Source: Bacteroidota bacterium
GTDB lineage: Bacteria; Bacteroidota; Bacteroidia; NS11-12g; UBA955
Length of the DNA: 33,367 nt
Assembly (NCBI GenBank): GCA_008081305.1
Contig: VMCP01000023.1
Coordinates: forward strand, 1-33,367
Direction: 5' to 3'
Shown here one piece after another: positions 27,640-33,367 of the stretch. A program made the position numbers and the translations under genes. Within the stretch, counting starts at the first letter, position 1. Every line of letters begins with the position of its first letter. The notes beneath the pieces were generated by a model. The model saw nothing but the letters and a program-made list of their open reading frames with translations, did not search any database and was not told the origin of the DNA.

Positions 27640-28584
27640 GTGTCGGATAAAACCATTCACCTATCGGTGGTTGTTCCCTTGTATAACGAGGAGAATAACG
27701 TGGAAAAACTCCATAACAGGCTTCAAACGAGTTTGCAACAAATGCAAATCAATTATGAAGTGGTTTTTATTAATGACGGAAGTAGAGACAAAACCCTCCC
27801 TTTGGTACTCAAACTAGCACAGGAAAATCCAAGTCTCAGATATATTGATCTGTCTAGAAATTTTGGACACCAATTAGCCATATTTGCGGGAATAGAAAAC
27901 GCTAGAGGCGAATATATTTTGGTGATGGACGGTGATGGGCAAGATCCACCAGAGATTATTCCAGATCTATACGAAAAGGCAAAAAGCGGATATGAAGTAG
28001 TGTATGCTAAACGAAGAAAAAGAGACGGGGAGAGTTTCTTAAAAAAGTTCACGGCAAAAATATTCTATCGCACACTTGCAAAAATTACCAGTATTGAAAT
28101 CCCCGTTGATACTGGAGATTTTCGCATTATTCACCGAAAGATTCGCGACATTTTAGTAAAAATGCCCGAACAACATAAATATATTAGGGGTCAAATCGCT
28201 TGGATAGGGTTTAATCAAACCTACCTAGAATACGACCGTCAGGAGCGAATGTCGGGTGAAACAAAATTCTCTTACGGAAAGATGATGCGTTTTGCGCTAG
28301 ATGGAATCAGCAGTTTTTCAACATGGCCATTGAAAATGGCTACTATTAGCGGGTTTGTCGTTTCTGGGGTTGCCTTTCTATTGATCATTTACAGCTTGTA
28401 CCAAAAGTTTTTTGGATATACAGAACGAGGTTGGACCTCTATGCAGATCAGTATTCTTTTCCTAGGAGGCATTCAATTACTAGGAATTGGCATACTAGGT
28501 GAATACATCGGAAGAATGAACGATAACGTTAAAAATCGGCCGCATTACATCATTCGCGACAGCAATATCCGTAGGGATGAGTAA
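27640..28584 (+). CDS. GT2 glycosyltransferase with C-terminal TM helices, polyprenyl-phosphate sugar synthase type (ArnC/GtrB/DPM1-like)
   Basis: LSVVVPLYNEE, INDGSRD and MDGDGQDPP (the DxD region), then two C-terminal TM helices. This is the architecture of ArnC/GtrB enzymes. GTG 27640 is preferred; the track's 27562 start would overlap the thioredoxin gene and the promoter region. Confidence 0.82.
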   Translation: MSDKTIHLSVVVPLYNEENNVEKLHNRLQTSLQQMQINYEVVFINDGSRDKTLPLVLKLAQENPSLRYIDLSRNFGHQLAIFAGIENARGEYILVMDGDGQDPPEIIPDLYEKAKSGYEVVYAKRRKRDGESFLKKFTAKIFYRTLAKITSIEIPVDTGDFRIIHRKIRDILVKMPEQHKYIRGQIAWIGFNQTYLEYDRQERMSGETKFSYGKMMRFALDGISSFSTWPLKMATISGFVVSGVAFLLIIYSLYQKFFGYTERGWTSMQISILFLGGIQLLGIGILGEYIGRMNDNVKNRPHYIIRDSNIRRDE

Positions 28585-30115
28585 AAACAAAACCTTATTA
28601 TTTTGGGCCATTGCTATTGGCTTATTTATCCTGTTTGGTCTTTACCAATACCTGCCTTATGGTCCCTATGGAATGCACCAAGGAGCACAAGCCGACAGGG
28701 CATGTATCGGACTCAATTACTATCAAGAATCAATGAATTTCTTCGAGCCTCGCGTGATGGAATCTCGAAACATGAAAGGCGTTACAGGTATGGAGTTCCC
28801 CATCATTGCCTATGCGTCTGCGATGATTTATCAGCTTATCGGTTATAACCACCTCATATATAGGGTAATTGAGGCACTTATTTTCTTACTCGGACAATGG
28901 GCAGTTTGGCAGATTGGATCATACTTTATTACCAAACCATTACATCGAGCATTAATACAAATCGCTTGGATTTCCTCTCCAATTCTTGTGTTCTACAGCA
29001 ATAATTTTCTACCTGAGGTGCCAGCTTTGTCATTCAGTTTAATGGCTTGGCATTATTTTTTCAGATACTATTACGGAATTGAACCCAAAAAATCAGCTTG
29101 GGGATTTGGACTATTTTCAATGTTGGCCGCCCTGTTGAAAATTACATATCTCATCCCCAGTATTGCAATTATTATTTTATGGGTGATTAGAAAAAAACTG
29201 CCTTTCGAATTTATCAAAAACCCTAAGGCATTATTGCTGAGTTGGGCCGTCGGCATAATACCAGTTATTGGCTGGTATACCTATTCAAAGCTCCTTACCG
29301 ATATTAGCTACAATCAGCATTTCTTACAGCAAATTAATCCGCCTAGTTCTATATCTGACTTTTTTGAGAATACCCGCTACGCTTTAAATACCTGGATTGA
29401 CAGCATTTATCCGAGAAATTTTATCGTTTTGCTTCTTCTAGTTTGGTTATATAGCCTTCAACGAAATATCAAACAAATCAGCTTAATCGGCGCATTAAGT
29501 ATATTACTTTTTTTAGGGTTTGCTTCCATTTTCATATTGTTCAATAAACAATACAGATACCATGATTATTATTTCATTCAGGTATTGCCCTTTCTATTCT
29601 TTACCCTTCTTTACATTTATCAGACCCAGTTAAGCCAAACGATTATTCTCAAAGGGCTTGTTGGAATCATATGCGCAATTGGATTATATGCTGCGCCGGT
29701 CATCAATTATAGTCATGCCAAAAACCAGGTTAGGAGCACCTATGCGGATGGCAATTATTACTGCCAAAATGTACTGAATAACATATGGGATATGGAACCT
29801 ACTCGTGCGTATATCAATCGAGAATTCGGTTCTGGAGAAATCATTGTTGCATTTGACCCTAGTCCGAATACCATGCTTTATTACCTCGGAAGACAAGGCA
29901 TACGCTTAGCACCTGATTTTGAGGAAATATTAAGTGTTGGAATCATCCAGAGTAAATTAGACGAGAAAACATTAGCCCAGCCTTATATCATTATCAATGA
30001 ATACTTCAATTATCCTAAAGACCACTACATTCACAAACTAATTGAAGACGAACCCGTGTTCACCACAGGAGATATCCGGATTTACAAACTGAATAAACAG
30101 GTGTTTAATTATTAA
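28577..30115 (+). CDS. Polytopic membrane protein, GT-C fold-like (ArnT/PMT_2-like) putative glycosyltransferase
   Basis: About 11-13 predicted TM helices. The first extracytoplasmic loop has acidic/aromatic residues (QADRACIGLNYYQE...GMEFPIIAY), resembling the D/E...E-x-PP-L layout of ArnT/PMT_2. A ~110-aa soluble C-terminal domain follows. The gene overlaps the preceding GT2 by 8 nt. The family call is an inference, not a recognised exact motif. Confidence 0.55.
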   Translation: MSKNKTLLFWAIAIGLFILFGLYQYLPYGPYGMHQGAQADRACIGLNYYQESMNFFEPRVMESRNMKGVTGMEFPIIAYASAMIYQLIGYNHLIYRVIEALIFLLGQWAVWQIGSYFITKPLHRALIQIAWISSPILVFYSNNFLPEVPALSFSLMAWHYFFRYYYGIEPKKSAWGFGLFSMLAALLKITYLIPSIAIIILWVIRKKLPFEFIKNPKALLLSWAVGIIPVIGWYTYSKLLTDISYNQHFLQQINPPSSISDFFENTRYALNTWIDSIYPRNFIVLLLLVWLYSLQRNIKQISLIGALSILLFLGFASIFILFNKQYRYHDYYFIQVLPFLFFTLLYIYQTQLSQTIILKGLVGIICAIGLYAAPVINYSHAKNQVRSTYADGNYYCQNVLNNIWDMEPTRAYINREFGSGEIIVAFDPSPNTMLYYLGRQGIRLAPDFEEILSVGIIQSKLDEKTLAQPYIIINEYFNYPKDHYIHKLIEDEPVFTTGDIRIYKLNKQVFNY

Positions 30116-30117
30116 CC

Positions 30118-31461
30118 TTAACTACTAAAGGGATAGGAAATTTGAAGGCCTATTCCGCCTCCGTGATATTTATTTGGAACAATGAAGGACTCAATTCCAT
30201 TGATAAATCCATCCACGAAAACAGAACCACCACCCAAGCGAAAAGTAGGCAAACTAAAGGTTGTATTGATGTCAAAAACATCAAACCCTCCAAACGAAAT
30301 ACCCGGTTTAAACACTAAATTCCTTATCGGATTCCAAACGTAAGAGCCCGAAATTCTAGGTAAAAATCCAGGAACGTTTATATATTGAAAACGAATAAGA
30401 TAACCTTTTTCCTTTCCGTCATATTTCCTTGATGTAAATCCAATATTGATGTGAAATGGCGTCCAAATATTACCTCTTTGACTCACTTCTGTCATACCCA
30501 ATTTTGATTCAATAGAGTCTCTCTGACGATCAAACCAATTACTCACCTTGAGTTCGGCACCCGATAAACCTACCGATTGAATATTAACATCCGATGTAGG
30601 CACATCTCCTATTGGGTTTAGGTTGGTATTATCCCATTGGAATCCTCTTGAAATGGTACTGACATTATTAAGGGAAATAAAACCGAAGTTCTCGACGCTC
30701 AAGTATGCATATTTAGAATTACCCAACTTATAATAAAAATCAGCATTTAACTGCAATCCCCAGCCTGTACCACCAAACTGATAACCTGTTCCTTGTGAAT
30801 AGTATGAACCGGAAATCAATACCGAATCAATATTTGAATCGGTATTGACTGAAAGGCCTTTCGTATAACCCCTGTTGAAATTCAATGCTTGAGAAAACTG
30901 TACTCCTATTCGCTTAGCGAACTTCCCTTCTGACCAACTTTTAGGTTCGAAACTAAAACGAAGATATCGTTGTGATAATTGATAAAAACTGTTCTCACCC
31001 GCCTCCTTTAAAGTCCCTATGTAAGGAGCATTCCCTCTAAATATCAAACCAAAAGCCTCTTTAGTAAATGTTGCTCCAGCAAGATTTTGAACTCCAACTT
31101 CTATTTGTTTGAGCGCATTGATCTTATCGTTGTCAATCAACTCAGGTATGGGATAAATCGCGGTATGATAATCGGTAAACAAGCCTAATCGGTTTTGATC
31201 AGACAACAGCCCTTCATATTCTTGAATATCACTTGGTGGTATATAGCCACCCGTCGCAAAACGAGATGCAAAGTTTAATGGAACCGCATTAGAACCTGTT
31301 ATCGCAGAGAAACCAGCTACTTGCCGTATTCGTTTAACTTCGGTTATGGTGGTTGTCTCAGGTGTTAAAATCCCGCTATCAGGCAACATAGATCCCTTAG
31401 CGTACAAGGAAGTCCATGCTAGGGCCAATAATAACAATGTAGTTTTAAATCTATTTAGCAT
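30118..31461 (-). CDS. Hypothetical outer-membrane beta-barrel protein (447 aa)
   Basis: Signal peptide MLNRFKTTLLLLALAWTSLYA. Gly/aromatic-rich alternating strands run throughout (GTGYQFGGTGWGLQLNADFYYKL; GYLIRFQYINVPGF; GGGIGLQISYPF). I recognise no catalytic motif. Confidence 0.6.
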   Translation of the reverse strand: MLNRFKTTLLLLALAWTSLYAKGSMLPDSGILTPETTTITEVKRIRQVAGFSAITGSNAVPLNFASRFATGGYIPPSDIQEYEGLLSDQNRLGLFTDYHTAIYPIPELIDNDKINALKQIEVGVQNLAGATFTKEAFGLIFRGNAPYIGTLKEAGENSFYQLSQRYLRFSFEPKSWSEGKFAKRIGVQFSQALNFNRGYTKGLSVNTDSNIDSVLISGSYYSQGTGYQFGGTGWGLQLNADFYYKLGNSKYAYLSVENFGFISLNNVSTISRGFQWDNTNLNPIGDVPTSDVNIQSVGLSGAELKVSNWFDRQRDSIESKLGMTEVSQRGNIWTPFHINIGFTSRKYDGKEKGYLIRFQYINVPGFLPRISGSYVWNPIRNLVFKPGISFGGFDVFDINTTFSLPTFRLGGGSVFVDGFINGIESFIVPNKYHGGGIGLQISYPFSS

Positions 31462-33367
31462 TAGTTATTTCTTACCTCGTACTCAAATCTGATCTTAGAT
31501 CGCATATCTAGCTTTGTATTGGAATATACTTTTTGCATACTTCCTGAACCTTTGGCTTTAAGGTTTATTCCCAAATATCTTGTTTTCACCAAAGCTCCTA
31601 CTTTTTCACGAGGAAGTGTAATGCTTAGGTTTGTCTTGGTTGGCTCTATGGTGTATCCCTTATCATCTGTAATGGCAGATTTTACTCCATCCGTTGGTTT
31701 GGTATCTAAATAGCCCAATGAATTAAACCCGGCATCAAACATCTGAAATTCTAAATCTAGGTCCAATGGGAAATAATTGGCTAAATCTAACATGAGCGTT
31801 GCGCTTTTGATTCTATCTACATTTCCAACCTTTGAAAAATCTACTGCTTGTGTATCCCTAAAAACCAACCCACCAAAGGCAAATGAAATTGGCATTTCCA
31901 TCTTCATAAATACCTCCATTTTTGAGTTGTCAAAGACAAAATCCGTGTAATTGTTGACGTTACCATTAGGAGACACCTCGGTTTCCAAATCATAAATCAA
32001 GCGTTGGGGAAGGGCTTCAAAAAAGGATTTTATATTGGAATTGTTTACGTCAAGACTTAGACGCGTATCTGTAAAAGCATCTCGAACAAAATCGGGTTTG
32101 GTCACAAAAATTTCGTTCTTAAGAGGGTCAGCATCTAATGCAACTTGTTTCCCATCAAATTCATTGTATCCATCAAGCTGAAACAACTTGAATCTGCCAT
32201 CGGTACCGATGCTATTTCTAACAACAAAATCTACCTTCAGATCCTTAAACTGAAGATCTCCATTTACCCCTTTAAATAATTCAAAACTTGTGGTATCAAC
32301 ACCTGTTCTTTCCAATGTATTTCCAAGATAACCTATCGCATACTCAGGTTTTAGACCCTCGAGTCGGTATTCTAGAACAATACTATCTTGTAAGCCCACT
32401 GCAAGCTTTCGACCACTACTATCTAAGGTTACCCGCAGAATTTGATGGAACGTATTTACCGTATCGGTTAATTCAGGGTCCTTCCCTCTAAAATCCAATA
32501 AATAACCCGAGAGATCGTAAATCTGTGTTTTCTCAGCCACCCCTTTACCTGCAGGCCCTGGCAAAGACAATTCCTGATAGAAACTAGAACCTCCTTTGGA
32601 CGCCCCTGGCAAGGCAAGCACCATACTCATGTCCTCCTGAATGGTGCTAATTACTTTGATTTTCAACCTACCGCTTCGGACTTTAAAATACTTGATCTCA
32701 GCGCCATTCATATCCAAGGTAAGCCCTTCGTCCTGATCTATGACATCCTGTGTAGGAAAAGCGGCCACTGCGTAATTTGGACGTAAATTCCGAACACCTA
32801 ATGTTAACGTAATTCCCTTGGAAGCATCAATCAAAACCGGACCTGAACTGGCTTCTGTTATCATCCGCTTGATAACCCCTTTCAGGCTCTTGGTGACTGT
32901 TTTACCAGCCAAATCAATGGTTCTCGATGACTTCCCTCCATCTGCCGCAATATTTGTGAATGAGTCTAGTGCTACCAATGAATTGTCTTCCGAATTCCTA
33001 AGTTCAAAAATGATGAGTGAAATATTTACGGGTAACTCATTAGAAATGGAAATATCTAAATACCCCGTATCAAGGGTGGCAGTTTCAAAAAACGCGCTGG
33101 CATCTACATCTGTTGGCTCCAAATCGCTTTGATCTTGTGCTGGAATCACCAACGTTTGTCCATTTAGCGCATTAAACAATGGGTTTATCTGGCCCAAGGT
33201 TATCTTATTTTTAATAATCTGATCATTCAAACGCAGTTTTCTGAGATTAAACGATTCGTTTATTCCCGTATCAGAAGCTTGTAAATCAGCAATTCGAGAG
33301 GTATAAACATTATTCGCATACTCTAGCGGATAACCCGGATCACTGGCACCAGAGCGTAAATATTTAT
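31461..33367 (-). CDS. Large hypothetical protein (>635 aa, N-terminus probably outside the window), coupled to the barrel gene
   Basis: The track starts at TTG 33230, but my own translation shows the frame stays open to base 33367 (...KYLRSGASDPGYPLEYANNVYTSRIADLQASDTGINESFNLRKLRLNDQ...). The stop TAA at 31461-31463 shares one base with the downstream ATG (TAATG). The protein is beta-rich and has no motif I recognise. Confidence 0.6.
   Translation of the reverse strand, partial: KYLRSGASDPGYPLEYANNVYTSRIADLQASDTGINESFNLRKLRLNDQIIKNKITLGQINPLFNALNGQTLVIPAQDQSDLEPTDVDASAFFETATLDTGYLDISISNELPVNISLIIFELRNSEDNSLVALDSFTNIAADGGKSSRTIDLAGKTVTKSLKGVIKRMITEASSGPVLIDASKGITLTLGVRNLRPNYAVAAFPTQDVIDQDEGLTLDMNGAEIKYFKVRSGRLKIKVISTIQEDMSMVLALPGASKGGSSFYQELSLPGPAGKGVAEKTQIYDLSGYLLDFRGKDPELTDTVNTFHQILRVTLDSSGRKLAVGLQDSIVLEYRLEGLKPEYAIGYLGNTLERTGVDTTSFELFKGVNGDLQFKDLKVDFVVRNSIGTDGRFKLFQLDGYNEFDGKQVALDADPLKNEIFVTKPDFVRDAFTDTRLSLDVNNSNIKSFFEALPQRLIYDLETEVSPNGNVNNYTDFVFDNSKMEVFMKMEMPISFAFGGLVFRDTQAVDFSKVGNVDRIKSATLMLDLANYFPLDLDLEFQMFDAGFNSLGYLDTKPTDGVKSAITDDKGYTIEPTKTNLSITLPREKVGALVKTRYLGINLKAKGSGSMQKVYSNTKLDMRSKIRFEYEVRNN

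Noticed and set aside
30118-31461. The possibility that the 447-aa barrel is PorV (LptO) or a PorP/SprF partner for the type-B CTD cargo, and that the upstream large protein is PorU.
   Set aside because: I do not see the PorV/FadL-like or PorP/SprF N-terminal signatures, nor any peptidase C25-like region in the large protein. The cargo gene is 27 kb away. This still needs an HMM check, so it is kept as unknown.
1-33367. A search for CRISPR repeats, IS/transposase or integrase genes, tRNA/rRNA genes, toxin-antitoxin pairs and known defence-system genes.
   Set aside because: None was seen. Intergenic gaps are all 168 bp or shorter, no direct-repeat arrays are present, and every long ORF is either housekeeping or envelope-related.

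Overview
This window looks like a compact, mostly housekeeping stretch of a Bacteroidota chromosome, probably from a Flavobacteriia- or Cytophagia-like organism. Two things support that assignment. One protein carries a T9SS type-B (gliding-motility) C-terminal sorting domain. The Bacteroidota -7 promoter box TAnnTTTG also sits in the correct orientation in front of about 14 genes.

All family calls come from reading motifs in the supplied translations and the DNA by eye; no database search or computation was run.

Gene content, left to right:
- FecR-type anti-sigma factor (3' end only)
- 1015-aa beta-propeller/PKD T9SS cargo protein
- fabD
- ABC-F ATPase
- cytoplasmic DsbA-family protein
- DUF1801 protein
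- acyl-CoA carboxyltransferase beta subunit
- DEAD-box helicase
- MetA-family outer-membrane barrel
- lptB-lplA-nth string
- SRP RNA (ffs), absent from the ORF track
- obg, two parvulin/SurA-type PPIases and an orphan MoxR ATPase
- leuS
- iscS-iscU-iscA plus an S4/YbcJ-like gene
- methylmalonyl-CoA epimerase
- TPR protein coupled to a phosphosulfolactate-synthase (ComA-family) gene
- lipoprotein thioredoxin
- GT2 coupled to a GT-C-like membrane protein
- an uncharacterised coupled pair: a large protein that runs off the window edge, plus a 447-aa predicted outer-membrane barrel

I found no rRNA, tRNA, CRISPR array, IS element, integrase or recognisable defence system.

The best candidates for something undescribed are:
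- the unknown envelope pair at 30118-33367
- the GT2/GT-C pair
- the TPR-ComA operon
- the PPIase-PPIase-MoxR operon
- the FecR-to-T9SS-cargo adjacency

None of these is proven novel from sequence alone. Genome-style features worth noting are near-leaderless promoters, convergent genes with abutting or overlapping stop codons, and recurring 8-nt ATGAnTAA gene overlaps.
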